From Phoronis australis (lineage: Eukaryota > Animalia > Phoronida), in contig NMRA01000032.1 of NCBI GenBank assembly GCA_002633005.1, forward strand, positions 600,911-664,910: a stretch of 64,000 nt of DNA. Reading direction: 5' to 3'. The notes under the pieces are model-generated. The model had not been told where the DNA came from. It worked only from the letters and a program-made list of their open reading frames with translations, and did no database searches. The position numbers and the translations under genes are program-made. Shown here in pieces: positions 27,115-40,053 of this stretch (position 1 is the first letter of the stretch; every line of letters begins with the position of its first letter).

Positions 27115-27360
27115 CTATTATACGTGTTGTGTGCCTGGCATGCTATAATACCAGTTAGCGAAATAAGAAATTTAGTTACTACCTGTTTCCCAAGGATCAA
27201 GAACTGCGTTAAACATGGGTCAGAGACATCGGTAGAGCTGGTAGCAAAGGCCGACTTCGTGAATTCTTTCCGATTTCGTAGCAAAATAAAGTGTGCAGCG
27301 CTCATTTTGAGGGCGGCAAGAAAACGTATCTTAGAAACTGCCCACTGAACAATATCTCCC
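27115..27360 (+). pseudogene. Disrupted THAP domain (transposon relic)
   Basis: YTCCVPG/CYNTS*RNKKFSYYLFPKDQELR*TWVRDIGR...KVCSAHFEGGKK with one frameshift and three stops. Confidence 0.7.
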
Positions 27361-28781
27361 TTCAAAGAAACAGTAACAAATACTCCACGGCGGTTGGTAG
27401 TGAAAAAAAAACTTGTTTTCGCTTGACCAGAACCANATCGTTAAATCGATTCGGTTGCAACTCCGCTATTGAATCAGTGGTGCAGAGTATAAGAGTAGTG
27501 AACGATACTTGGTTGGGTGATTTACGGCGGATCATATTCGACACAAAACTCGTTCTTAAAAACATTTGGCAATTTTCAACCTACTTCATTTTCACATCGT
27601 CGATATAAATTGTGTTTCTAATTAATGTGACCAAACAATTTCCATTTTAATTTAAAGTTCCTACAACTCACGGTATTGACGAGCAATGTTGAACAGACAC
27701 CTGTTACAAATATCGAGACATGTTTTTCAGGAGACCAAAGAATGTAGCATTCTACGAATACGTTTTGTATAAAAACAACTGAACGCAGTGTTTGAAGTGG
27801 GACTTAGCACACAATGGTGAACACAATGGTTAACACGTGACATAAAACCTCAAATTTTTCAGAAAACTTGTACACCTGAAACCTTACGTTTTCAGAAAAT
27901 TTAAGATTCGTCAAACTTGATTTTCCCCTAAAACTTATTTTTGTCAAAAATTTAAAGTTTTCAATAAAATTTTTATGTTCATTTTTGTAACTTGAGGGAT
28001 TCTACTTTTCGACCCCTTTTCAATAAATTAACTGTCGATTAACTTCACTTTCTTGATTACCAAAGTAGTGCTATAAACTTCCACCAGTTTACCTTAGTAG
28101 TTAACTGAGACCCTGATGAAACACCTAAACGTGACGTGCAGATGACACGACTGCTACCAGCGTGTCGAAACTTGATCATTTGTTACTCTGTGTATCCATG
28201 TACACTATAAGCTTTTCTGCATAATATTTGGATGTTTTGTTTAGCTGTTTGTTCCTTTAGCCATGCACTTGGTTTTAACTACGTCAAAAGTTAAGTCCGG
28301 AACAAACGCAAGATCTCCTGTACACGAAGTGCAGGCAATGTTATTCCAATGTAGTGCGTAGCCTCGCTTTCGTACGCCACATTAATATTAATAAGATCCT
28401 TTAAGAATGGAATACTAATCAATAATACAATATAGGTCATTCTGTGTTTTTTTACTGCTGGCTTAGCTGCTATCAGACGTACGTGATAACATGATATGTA
28501 GCGTGTCATTGTTAGGTCAAACGCGGGTGGATTTCGTCACTGTGGTAAACAATTCATTACAGGAAACAGAGGCTGTGTACCAGCTGACTACGCGATGTTA
28601 ACCTATCTGGAAAAGCCACGTTGTTTTGTTTTTCCACATTACGTGACAGCGATTTTTATAATGAAACTTCGCGTGGAGAAAATTTCAGTTGAAAAACGTA
28701 AGTGTGTTAGTTTTACTTAAAGCCTGTAGGCCTATCATGTAGAACAGTTGGTGCAACTTTTCATTGTCATACTAGAGAAAC

Positions 28782-28997
28782 ATGTTGGGGAATCTCAGAC
28801 GAGGAGTAAGCAGCATACAACTGATACAACCAATGGTATCAGAACTGTTGTCGCGGTCGGTGACGACTACCATCCCGCTTCATAACAAATCCTACAGAGT
28901 AGCGATCGTTGGTGGTGGAACCGGCGGATTGGCAATGGCCAACAAACTGACTTCGCAGCTCGGCAGCGGAAATGTAGCAGTCATTGAACCAAGCGAG
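28782..28997 (+). CDS. SQOR: SQOR coding exon 1 (targeting peptide + Rossmann GxGxxG)
   Basis: MLGNLRRG...YRVAIVGGGTGGLAMA...VAVIEPSE then GTACGT donor; a probable 5'UTR intron lies at 28698-28775. Confidence 0.93.
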
Positions 28998-31900
28998 GTA
29001 CGTAACAATACTGACCTGTACTTGTACGTTTAGTTTTGTGATTTTACCCTTGGGGTACCTGAAGATTTAATAGCAAGGGTTGTGTTTGCCGTGGTGTTCG
29101 AGACTGATCAAATTTATATTCCTTAGTCTAACTACCTACACTAAAAGGTTCTCAAAAATGTTTTCTATATTTTAAAAACTCGACACTCGACGTTGACTCC
29201 CACTTCCAGAATCATTACTACAAGCCTGTGTGGACACTAGTAGGCGCTGGTGTAAAGAGCCTCGAGTCTTCTTGTAAACCAACAGCCAACTTCATTCCCG
29301 ATGGTTGCGTATGGATTAAAGACAAAGTAGCAGAATTCCAGCCTCAAACTTCGTCGTTATTGCTACTGTCTGGAGAACAGGTAACGCGTTGAATCTTGCG
29401 ACTCATTCTTTACCCAGCCGGGAAGCTCTCCCATAAGTTAATATTTTGTTGTTTTTAATGACTGCCACTTACTTAGAATTAAATAGGTTTCTCGTGCCTA
29501 GTGAACGCCATTTCAATAGACAACACACTTCATTTATTGATTTCAACTATTTTCGGTTTCTGTTAGAGGATCCATGAACATTAAAAAATGGGTGGAAGCT
29601 TCCTCGTAAACCGTAATTAGTCATACCTAAGTACCGTTGTTCGGCAACAAAATGTGCAGCAGTCACTGACAATAATTGCTTAAAAGGCGGATTTAGAATG
29701 TCGCAAGGGGACCTGAACACACTGAATTAAATTTCAAACCAGAAACATTCATCAAATCCATAAAAACTCCATGGTTATGCCTGGAGGAGGGTGCACCCTT
29801 GCTTCCCTTCCCAAATTCTGCATATGCCTCTGCAATATGTACAATAGCGTCTTTCATTTGAAAGTTCCTGGAAATAATAGAAGTATTTATTCAAGGCAAA
29901 TTTTACTAGGAAAATTTTCAGTTTGCAGTGGGTCACAAAATTCACATTTCCTTCAGCTTTGCCAGGATTTATTTTGAAAAATCTTGTTAATGAGTTATTA
30001 GGTTTGTTTACTGCATTAAAATTCATGATTGATAGCTGTCATCTAAAGCCAGGCTGCTGTTCGCGCGTGTGAGTTGTTGCTGCGCCTCTTTATGTTTATT
30101 GTCACAAGAGGTCGTTAGTTGGCAAGTCATCTGTCCACATGCACTGTCATGCTCGAGAAGGACATTACAAAGTTTGCCAATAGGGGCGACATACCTTGCT
30201 GGGTTTTTTTTAATCCTTGGGACACAACAGATTAGTAAAACTATATTTCTGGGATTTTGAAATACAGTTTACATGGGAATTGAGCTTTTGTGTCGGCATA
30301 GGAACCGAAAGATATATATTTTTTCTCGTATTTTTTGGAAAAGAATCGCGAAGACATGTTGTAAAGTTGCAAAATACGAGAGGTTGATGCAATTACAATA
30401 ATATATCGCTTGTATGGCATTCAGTACTCCAAAATTATTATTACCAACGTCGGTATTATGGAAATATGGACAAATCCTGACGTGGCCGCGAGAGACAACA
30501 ACGCTGTCTAGGGGCCGAAGCTGATATTGTTTCTTGTTCTCAATAGCCCCGTTCATGTGGGTCTTTTTGTGTATTTTCAAGCCGGAACTTTTTGGCATTT
30601 AACCTGAAATTGGGGTCACTGGCTCATATTTGCAAGTATGAGTACTCGTTGCGCTCCGAAATTTACATTTGCTCGTCGTGTTGGTTTTGTAGGTATCCTA
30701 TGATGTCTTAATCGTGGCGCTTGGTCTTCAACCAAAATTTAATCAGGTAACTGTCCAGCTAACATTGTCCACGTTTCACGCATGTGTTACAATTGTTCCC
30801 CAAAACCAGACAATTGTATGTATATTTCAAAAGCTGAAAATGGATATCGGCCTACCCTGATACCCTGACTTGTTTCACTTGTCTCGTTTTGACGTGTAAT
30901 CTGAAATCTGTGCAACCCCTATATTTTACTCAAAGGACACATTTGATTTTACGGCTGGTCATTCTAAGTTTTGAAGTAAGTACAGTTTTTCGTACTTAAA
31001 GATTGATGGATTGCCGGAGGCTCTCGCACAAGACCACATGGTTGTTTCCAACTACGCGCCAGAAACTGTGACCAAAACATTCAAAGCCATTCAGAGCATG
31101 GACCGAGGCACCGCCATTTTCACCCTCCCTCGGACGCCAATAAGCTGTGGTGGTGCACCACAAAAAATAATGTACTTAACTGACCATTATCTACGAAAGG
31201 TATTTAAAAATCCAATGCTTTGTGTGTTATAACGGTAACTGGATGTAAGGAGATTGTTGAGTTTTTAAACTAACAATTCGAAAGCAGTCTTATTTGAGTC
31301 AACTTAGGTTTGGCGGAAATGGTGTAAATAGTTATTTACAGACTCTAGGTCACGTGTCTAGCAGAACCTTTCCGTCAGTCCTCAGAAAGCCATCTTTAAA
31401 TCTTGGTTGTGTAACTGTGCAGGCTAAACATGAAGATGTAAACTATTACTTCAAACGTATGCTAGTTAAAAGCAAATTTATGTAACCTTTGATGATTATG
31501 GTGGTTCTGAGTTTGGTCATACATTGTCAGCACCAGAAAAAATTGAAACGTTTATTTCAAAAACAGTTCAACTTTGATCGACAGGACAACAGAAAAAATA
31601 TTTAGATAATCTGCGCAGTACAAAATGTTAATGTCGTTTTAGACGTCTTCACCAAATTCTATTGCCATGGAGACGGTTTTCGGAATTTGAACACGATGTT
31701 CATGCTTAGTATCTTTTGATTAACTAAATATATTAACCGTAACCGCTAGATAACTCAACTTTTTCTTACAAACTTCCTTTTGTTATTAAATTTCTTTCTG
31801 GTTTAGCTTCAATAGCGAGTAAATAGGCTTATATGATATAGGGTACTGATCACAGTAAAAGGTGGTAATCGAATCCTTGTTGCGGCCGTCACATCATACC

Positions 31901-34900
31901 ACGGAAAATGAATGCTTACCTCCATCCACTTATCAGTCGTAGTAAGAACTTTTGCCACACACCGCAAAAACTCTTACTATGGACCCTTTACTTGCACAAT
32001 CTTGTGGTGCGTGGTAAGTGCTCTTCTTGCTTTACTATATTTCTGCTTCAGTGGTTTCTTTGTGCGTGGTTAGCCTCAGTTCTGTGCGTTTTAAGTGTTT
32101 TGGCTCGCCGTCAAGTAGTAAGGGTTGCTCAGCGTTGTAAGCGTTCTGTGTAGCCTCGTGGTAAGGATTCGATTGCTACCCCTACGTACTTGTTAAGGTA
32201 CATGATATATCCTGTAAGTTTCATTTTGCATAGGCTGGAAAGAGGGATCAAGTAAAAGTGCTATTCAACTCGTCACTTCCGTTCTCGTTTGGAGTGGAGA
32301 AGTACGCCAAGGTCTTTGACGGAATTCTTAACCAGCGTAACATCCAGGCCAATTACAACCTGGACTTGGTAGCTGTTCGACATGAAAAGAAAGAAGCAGA
32401 TTTCATGGAAATGGTCAGGTGCAAGCCGACGGGAAACGTGCAAACCTTCAATGTGAGTTATTCTTCTCCTTCAGTTTCTTTGGCTTCGTTTTTCTTTTTA
32501 GTGGAGTCATTATCCCATAACTCATTCCCTTTAAAGGACATTTTCAGCGATTAATTTTACAGAAATTAGCTATCGGATACATTAACTCCGCAAAACCAGT
32601 AAGAGCGCTGCTCCACTGAGTTGAACAGCTTTAATTTTAGCGAATGTCTGGCAAGCAATGGTTAAGTGGTGCGCTCACCTTTGAAGCAACCATAGAGTAA
32701 ACGTGGTTGTTAAGGGAACAGTTTCTTAAATGTAGTTTTGCCTGGCCTATTAAAAGACACTGACGACGACTTTACAATCCANTAACTAACTGTAACCGCT
32801 AGATAACTCAACTTTTTCTTACAAGCTTCCTTTTGTTATTAAATTTCTTTCTGGTTTAGCTTCAATAGCGAGTAAATAGGCTTATATGATATAGGGTACT
32901 GATCACAGTAAAAGGTGGTAATCGAATCCTTGCTGCGGCCGTCACATCATACTACGGAAAATGAATGCTTACCTCCATCCACTTATCAGTCGTAGTAAGA
33001 ACTTTTGCCACACACCGCAAAAACTCTTACTATGGACCCTTTACTTGCACAATCTTGTGGTGCGTGGTAAGTGCTCTTTTTGCTTTACTATATTTCTGCT
33101 TCAGTGGTTTCTTTGTGCGTGGTTAGCCTCAGTTCTGTGCGTTTTAAGTGTTTTGGCTCGCCGTCAAGTAGTAAGGGTTGCTCAGTGTTGTAAGCGTTCT
33201 GTGTAGCCTCGTGGTAAGGATTCGATTGCTACCCCTACGTACTTGTTAAGGTGCATGATATATCCTGTAAGTTTCATTTTGCATAGGCTGGAAAGAGGGA
33301 TCAAGTAAAAGTGCTATTCAACTCGTCACTTCCGTTCTCGTTTGGAGTGGAGAAGTACGCCAAGGTCTTTGACGGAATTCTTAACCAGCGTAATATCCAG
33401 GCCAATTACAACCTGGACTTGGTAGCTGTTCGACATGAAAAGAAAGAAGCAGATTTCATGGAAATGGTCAGGTGCAAGCCGACGGGAAACGTGCAAACCT
33501 TCAATGTGAGTTATTCTTCTCCTTCAGTTTCTTTGGCTTCGTTTTTCTTTTTAGTGGAGTCATTATCCCATAACTCATTCCCTTTAAAGGACATTTTCAG
33601 CGATTAATTTTACAGAAATTAGCTATCGGATACATTAACTCCGCAAAACCAGTAAGAGCGCTGCTCCACTGAGTTGAACAGCTTTAATTTTAGCGAATGT
33701 CTGGCAAGCAATGGTTAAGTGGTGCGCTCACCTTTGAAGCAACCATAGAGTAAACGTGGTTGTTAAGGGAACAGTTTCTTAAATGTAGTTTTGCCTGGCC
33801 TATTAAAAGACACTGACGACGACTTTACAATCCAATAATGTTCTGTAACCCTCGACAACCCTCAAAAGCTTGGAGAAAACTTGAAATTTCCTGAGAAAAT
33901 CTGCTATTAAACTGGCAAGCACGACTTACGCTTTAGGCGAGTCTCTACGTAACACCGGTTGGAAAAATCACCTACCAAGGATCGCGTCTCAGGTTCTTAG
34001 TTGATTCTTGCTTTTATCACTCACGTGAGACGCCAGTGACGTATTAGCAGGGACAAAAAGGGTTGGTTGAAATCACCAAAACAGGATTTAATGTTTTTGT
34101 TAGGCATGTAAAAATGTTAATGAGCAGGATGACCAATCATATGCTTTAAGCATTTGATATCACCTTATATTGAGCGATAACGTTGCTCATTCCAGTATGA
34201 CTTTATACACGCGGTGCCCCCCATGTCGGTACCGGATGTCCTACTCAAGAGTTCATTGGCTGATGCAGGCGGCTACTTGAATGTGAACCACGAGACCCTG
34301 CAGCACAACTCATATCCCAACGTGTTTGGACTGGGAGATTGTATCAACATCGCCTCGTCCAAGACAGCCGCAGCAACAGGTTCGCACAACAATATCTCTC
34401 AAATGAAAATTTCCTTTACCAAAATGCATGTGTGCTATCAGCCTAAAAAATGAGGGGCCCCGAATTTTTGAGAATGTGGACCTTTTACTAAGATTCACGG
34501 GATATATCCAGAGCTATCATTGAATTGTGAATTCTCCGAATTTTCCCAGTTCCTTTTTTAGTGGACTTTTGTCTCATTGTCCTCTCTTCGGAATTTCTGT
34601 TTCTCTGAGGCGGACCTTTTTGACCACTTCGCCAAATGGGGGGAGCTCGTTTGAGTTCCCCCAAGCCCCCCCCCCTCTCCCCTGGGTGCTCGCGTGATGT
34701 GGGCAGAGGTTTTAATGAAAAGCCAAGGTTACGACTTCATAGCACTTTCAAACAAAATTACTGCGTCATAGGTACGAGCGGGCACTTCACATCTCGCTCC
34801 CAGCTACTCGCTGTTAGCAATTATTAACAGAGAATTAAGTCTGATGTCGATTTTTGACAAGTGAGGGTGTGGAACGAGCGGCAGTGCCTGTTCTGAATTT

Positions 34901-37900
34901 CAGTTTCGTATTTTTACTTTATCATATTCTTTCTCAAGTAGGTTTTTAAGTCCTTGAGGCTGAGGGTAAATGTCTGTTATTATCTAACACCGTTGAATAC
35001 ATATTTTCTCTGTTTTACCTATGTCACTGTAATAGATCAAACATACAAAAACATTCAGACCTGTATTGCTGAAATTTGCACATGCGCAGATCACGTGCTT
35101 CATAGAAAGGTCATTTCAGGATACGAAAATTTCCGAAAGGAACCGGATGGTTTGATTCATATACACTTTAAATGTACCATATCATAAAGTGACATCATCT
35201 GAGTTCCCAGTCACACCAGGTGTTCACTGCCGTTCAGTGCCAGAGCACTTAGTATGCGGTGCCACAATTAAAGATGGTTTTGCTGAATTACAAAATTTGT
35301 TATGAAGTGATTGTTATGAAAAATGTTTGGGTAAGGAAAAATGTTGTGTGTTAAAGTTTTCACCCAGTACATGATGCTTTTTCAGGATTTGACATTTTGA
35401 TTCTGCTAATGTCGATGATGATGCGATGCAGTTAGTTGAATATCATGAGAGTAGGCGCATAGCATGTTATACGACGTTGCAACCATGATGGTGTGCAGTT
35501 ACCGACGAATAAAATTATAAAATAGTAAAACTAGTAAAACTAAAATGACGAGCGTTGGTACTACAGTTATAAGACGTTTATGGAATACTTCTGTCTTTTT
35601 CCTCCTATTAGCTTGCCAAAGTCGAACATTGAGGGACACCATCAGCAGTTACCTTGCAGGCCATGAACCAGACCCTACGGTGAGCGCACTTCATTTTGCT
35701 GTTTATAAATTAATTGCAGGCTGTCTGATACACGTTGTACCAGACGTGCGCAGGCCTCGCATGTGGGCCCATTGCACTGATCACCTGGAAATATTTTTAT
35801 GCTTTATTAATATGTGGTTAAAACCGAGCTGAGGAGCTAGAAACCTGGCTCAAGGGTTTAGCAGTGTGACATGGTGGGACTCGAACCCACGACCTCGAGT
35901 AAAGAAGGCGGGTACTTATCAACCATGCCACACTGCCTCCTCTCATTTTGCTGTTGGGCGCTTGCCAGTTTCCGAATGGCGTTACCGTGTACATATTCGA
36001 GGGGTCAGTGGAAGTAATTCTATTGCCGCGCCTAGAAATTCCACTGTTACCCTGGAAACACCACTCCCGGACAACCAGACATCATACACCAAACTCGCGG
36101 TACAAATCCACAGACCAACCCACTTAGCGGAACGCAGCGCCGGTGACCAAACTCCATATCCGAGGACCACATACCTTGGCAGCACCTCTGGTCTGCAGCT
36201 GAAATTTAGATGCGTAGCCATAGAATCTAGTCCCTGGGACTGGAGTTCGGTCATCGTGCGGGTTTGACGATTTCTACCCCAAGTTTGGTATCTGCTGATT
36301 CGGGACTGGGTTTTGTGGGGGTTCATAACTGGAATTTAGAGGAGCGACCGTGCAATTGTTTCCCCTCCATGATACTGTGTAATGTCCGTAATGAAACTGA
36401 CAAATTTCTTATCGAACANNNNNNNNNNNNNNNNNNNNNNNNNNNNNNNNNACACTGCCTCCTCTCATTTTGCTGTTGGGCGCTTGCCAGTTTCCGAATG
36501 GCGTTACCGTGTACATATTCGAGGGGTCAGTGGAAGTAATTCTATTGCCGCGCCTAGAAATTCCACTGTTACCCTGGAAACACCACTCCCGGACAACCAG
36601 ACATCATACACCAAACTCGCGGTACAAATCCACAGACCAACCCACTTAGCGGAACGCATCGCCGGTGACCAAACTCCATATCCGAGGACCACATACCTTG
36701 GCAGCACCTCTGGTCTGCAGCTGAAATTTAGATGCGTAGCCATAGAATCTAGTCCCTGGGACTGGAGTTCGGTCATCGTGCAGGTTTGACGATTTCTACC
36801 CCAAGTTTGGTATCTGCTGATTCGGGACTGGGTTTTGTGGGGGTTCATAACTGGAATTTAGAGGAGCGACCGTGGAATTGTTTCCCCTCCATGATACTGT
36901 GTAATGTCCGTAAGGAAACTGACAAATTTCTTATCGAACAGCCCTGGCATGTGAATTTTTGAGAACTTCAGCAGAAATATGCCTAGTCATGGCCGGCGCT
37001 GCACTGACATAAGTGGGGGCTATAGCCCCCAACCCCCCCCCCCGCCCCCTATGGCGCGCAGCCCTATCACCATGGGTGGTGCAGCACTGAAATAAGTGGT
37101 GCTATAGCCCCTACAGCCCCCTATGGTGCGCCGCCCTTGCTATCGGTTATTCCCGTCGATTTACTGTGCGTACTCTGTAGGATGATTATCATTCACCCTA
37201 ATGCAGTTAATCCCGCCTTTTGTGAAACACGCAACTTTAGATTAAGACCATTTGCTGTTATAAAACTGGTCTGTTATTGTTCCTTAGAAGTATTTTGATC
37301 CTGAAAAGAACTGAAAGTGCCTTATCGAGGCCAAATTTATTAAGTTAGTTTGACAAGTCATTTTACTGCCAAAAGGAATATGGCTAGCGTCAAACGGGCT
37401 GTTGTCGAGACCGAACACGCATCTACTCAGTAGGCCTTGAACACAGGCTACCAGTCTTTAGCGCATCAAATGACTAGCGAGGTGATCCCCTACAGCACAT
37501 CGGGTTTCAAGCATTAACAAACTGTCGAAAATACTTTTCTGGGCATGCCGGAGACTAGTTTTGTAACGGTAATGTACAGGTTTATGAAACAGATTTTAAG
37601 CTGCGTTTTGCCGTAATTGGCTGCCAATATGTTGAATTCTTAATTGAAGCGCTTTGTGGCTCAGTTTAAAAGTATTATGTCGCTCATCCGACTGAGCTGG
37701 CCACTCAAGCCACAATGGCAAGCTGTGCGTTCATGCGTCATTTTCATATTCGTAATTGACGCCTTGGCCAACTCCAATAAACTTTGAAGGTAGGGAATAT
37801 CATAATACAGATTTTTTAGAAAGTAAGTCAGGCCTATGATTGATTTTCGTCGTTTTAACCTGCTAAACAGAGCTAAACGCAGCTTTAAATAAGGGCTGTT

Positions 37901-39408
37901 GCATTGTTTAGAACAGATTGAAAGCAAGAATTGGTTATCATGCGTTTTTCCTCCTCATGAACAGCTTCATGCCTTCTCAGTTCACGCGCTGTTTTGTCCG
38001 TTTCAGTACGATGGCTACACCTGTTGTCCTGTTATCACAGCCTATGGCAAAGCAGTGATAGTTGAATACAGCGGTCTGACAATGCAACCACTGGAAACAA
38101 TACCAAGGGAGATACTTAGGGAGTCGAGGCTGTCCTACTTGTTGAAGAAATACATCATACCTGTAGTCTACTGGAATTTCCTTTTAAAGTAGGTGTACAA
38201 AGATGTTTAGATTGAGCTGTAGAAAAAAAGAGTGGGTCAACGGGGGAGAGGCATGTGTAAACTTCACTATATAACAGTAGGTTGTAAAAGTGGTGTTAGT
38301 CCTGGGAGTTTCGTGAACTTGGATACGTCTGTGTCCCCAATATTTTACCTTCCTGCGGGCTGCCTCACGGTGGATCTGGAATTGCTAAAGCGGTGCGGTG
38401 TAATTGGGTTCGGCTTCAGTGACACTGGTAAATTGACTATTTCGCGATCTTGATTCCTGAATTGCAGGCGGTCTGATACACGCGCAGACGTGTGCAGGTC
38501 GCTCAGGTGGACCCATCAAGTTGCACTGATCACCTGAAACCATTTTTACGCATTGTTAATGCATAGTTAAAATCTGAAACCTGACTCAAGTTTCTAGCAG
38601 TGTGCCCCTCGTGGGACTCGAACCCAAGACCTTAAATATAGGAAGCGGACACTTATGCCACTGGGCCACACTGCCTCCTCTTTGTTTCCTATCCTAAGCG
38701 AAGATTTTTTTCGGGGCAAGTGCAAGCTAATGTTTTGCTGTCTGAGGAGTTCAGAGCGGCTTCAAGTGTCCTTGCAATGAGGCTAACAGGGTTTAATGCC
38801 CTACAGGTACACTAGTGAATTGGGCTGGTCATAACAACACCCGCGGTGGACATTCATTAAGAATAGTATCTCAACATGCATCTGCCCTGGTGGATAATAA
38901 GAATAGCGCGTGATGGGCGTCGGGACCGGCAAATCTTGACCGTAGAACTTGGGTACTTGCTCCATTCAAATAAAGGTCTGCATAAAATATCGGTGTTTGT
39001 TGTTGGCTGTTCAAACATATTCTGCAATTAGCACATAAATAACTGGAACACACGTGCTGGATAACTTTGGTCGCGATGATAGTGTACACTCAAGGGTATT
39101 AAGCACTCTTGGGACACCAAAACAAAAGGGAGCACGCTTTCCATGCGTCAAACCCAAACGCACGAATAAGCAGGGTCAGTGAATCAAATATTTCTGTTTG
39201 CCGCCGACTGATGCTCTATTTGCGGGACACTCTATCACAGTTTTTCGGTGAAACTGATGTACACTAGAAGTGGCCCCAATGCAACAACAAAAATGGTCAT
39301 TCTGTGTTCAATAAAATAATGTAATTGTCTGTATTCATTTTTTTCAGAGGGAAATACGAAGGAATACCGGGAAAGAACGGTGCTGCCAAAAGGAAGTGTG
39401 TGCAGTAG
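28782..39408 (+). CDS. SQOR: Sulfide:quinone oxidoreductase, mitochondrial; 9 coding exons: 28782-28997, 29210-29380, 30693-30746, 31002-31199, 32234-32452 (duplicate 33287-33505), 34196-34379, 35612-35679, 38007-38188, 39348-39408; ~450 aa
   Basis: All exons have GT/AG boundaries with compatible phases and sum to 1353 nt. Motifs: Arg/Ser-rich leader, VVGGGTGG-type FAD loop (IVGGGTGG), HYYKPVWTLVGAG, TPISCGGAPQKIMY (Cys201 equivalent), YPNVFGLGDC, SKTAAA, YDGYTCCP (Cys379 equivalent), PLET, YWN. Confidence 0.95.
29210..29380 (+). CDS. SQOR: SQOR coding exon 2
   Basis: cttccag|NHYYKPVWTLVGAGVKSLESS...WIKDKVAEFQP...SGEQ|gtaacg. Confidence 0.93.
30693..30746 (+). CDS. SQOR: SQOR coding exon 3
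   Basis: ttttgtag|VSYDVLIVALGLQPKFNQ|gtaact. Confidence 0.9.
31002..31199 (+). CDS. SQOR: SQOR coding exon 4 (first catalytic Cys)
   Basis: IDGLPEAL...VVSNY...GTAIFTLPRTPISCGGAPQKIMYLTDHYLRK|gtattt. Confidence 0.93.
31860..32184. mobile_element. MITE in SQOR intron 4 (duplicate at 32913-33237)
   Basis: Terminal inverted repeats GGTGGTAATCGAATCCTT / AAGGATTCGATTGCTACC. Confidence 0.55.
32234..32452 (+). CDS. SQOR: SQOR coding exon 5 (a second near-identical copy at 33287-33505 lies across the N at 32782)
   Basis: gcatag|AGKRDQVKVLFNSSLPFSFGVEKYA...VQTFN|gtgagt. Confidence 0.9.
34196..34379 (+). CDS. SQOR: SQOR coding exon 6
   Basis: ttccag|YDFIHAVPPM...ETLQHNSYPNVFGLGDCINIASSKTAAAT|gttcgc, phase 1. 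Confidence 0.92.
35612..35679 (+). CDS. SQOR: SQOR coding exon 7
   Basis: cctattag|(A)CQSRTLRDTISSYLAGHEPDPT|gtgagc; phases fit both neighbours. Confidence 0.85.
35704..35942 (-). mobile_element. tRNA-derived SINE in SQOR intron 7
   Basis: Minus strand GGAGGCAGTGTGGCATGG...GGTTCGAGTCCC (A/B boxes); 13-bp TSD TCATTTTGCTGTT at 35691-35703 and 35943-35955. Confidence 0.8.
35930..36940 (+). repeat. Gap-flanking duplication D
   Basis: 35930-36418 vs 36452-36940 around N36419-36451. Confidence 0.9.
38007..38188 (+). CDS. SQOR: SQOR coding exon 8 (second catalytic Cys, quinone-binding region)
   Basis: tttcag|YDGYTCCPVITAYGKAVIVEY...PLETIP...LLKKYIIPVVYWNFLL|gtaggt, phase 2. Confidence 0.93.
38460..38678 (-). 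mobile_element. tRNA-derived SINE, same family, in SQOR intron 8
   Basis: A box TGGCCCAGTGG, B box GGTTCGAGTCC; body and tail align with 35710-35940. Confidence 0.8.
39348..39408 (+). CDS. SQOR: SQOR terminal coding exon
   Basis: Strong acceptor ttttttttcag; phase 2 gives KGKYEGIPGKNGAAKRKCVQ*; AATAAA signals near 39556 and 39615. Confidence 0.75.
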
Positions 39409-40053
39409 TGGAGAATGCTGTCATGTTTTAAACGTTTGTGTTGGAACTGTGTTAAGTTACTGCAGATAGTCCACAGTTGTAAGGCAGCGGTGAAGCTCAC
39501 AGTTTAAACTGGCCAAGTGCGGCTGGAACACACGAGCATTTTCCCAATATCGACAAATAAACTCAAGACTTGCACATGGACGAAAAATTTAAAGACAAGT
39601 GTTCAGTTTGTGTAAATAAACGTTAACTTATTCGACACTGCCTTTATATCATACTACCTATGCGCCAACCTACTGGAATACACTATAGCGCGAATGGACA
39701 CTGATAAGTGATTGTTCAGTAATCGTATATTGTAATGTTGACCAAATTATCTCTTATGAATGATATCCCTTGCTCGAATTTAGAAAAACGGCTTTTGATG
39801 CCTCTAACTTCAGAGCTTTTTTCAGGATCGTTTTGCATGCCTCAGTGACTCGGTATATTTAAAAATGTATGTAAAATGTCCTTTATTTCTTGGTTCGTGT
39901 TTGGCCATAATGTTATTTAGGATCCAAAAAGAATGTCTAAATGTGGCAAACTTCGGAACATCATGTTGTCTTAGAAACGGCTGATGCCATGAAACTTCCA
40001 GCCTTGATACTATGCTTTATGAATTGTTCTTTAAAATGCCACAAAGAATTGTT

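Larger units (their letters stand above)
31735..33833 (+). repeat. Gap-flanking duplication C, includes SQOR exon 5
   Basis: 31735-32781 vs ~32787-33833, very few mismatches, N at 32782. Confidence 0.9.

Noticed and set aside
32234-33505. Tandem SQOR exon 5 as mutually exclusive exons
   Set aside because: Identical protein sequence, flanking introns equally duplicated and an N between the copies; an assembly overlap is more likely.
35866-36848. 114-135 aa ORFs inside SQOR intron 7 as a nested gene
   Set aside because: No recognisable domain, partly SINE-derived, and doubled only by the gap duplication.
38600-38678. Functional tRNA gene
   Set aside because: A/B boxes are present but it continues into a repeated SINE body with TSDs and the cloverleaf is poor.
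39390-39408. C-terminal KRKCVQ of SQOR as a CaaX prenylation signal
   Set aside because: Cys is third from the end, not fourth.
28782-39408. Bacterial origin or horizontal transfer of SQOR
   Set aside because: Eight spliceosomal introns, a mitochondrial leader and animal-type motifs.
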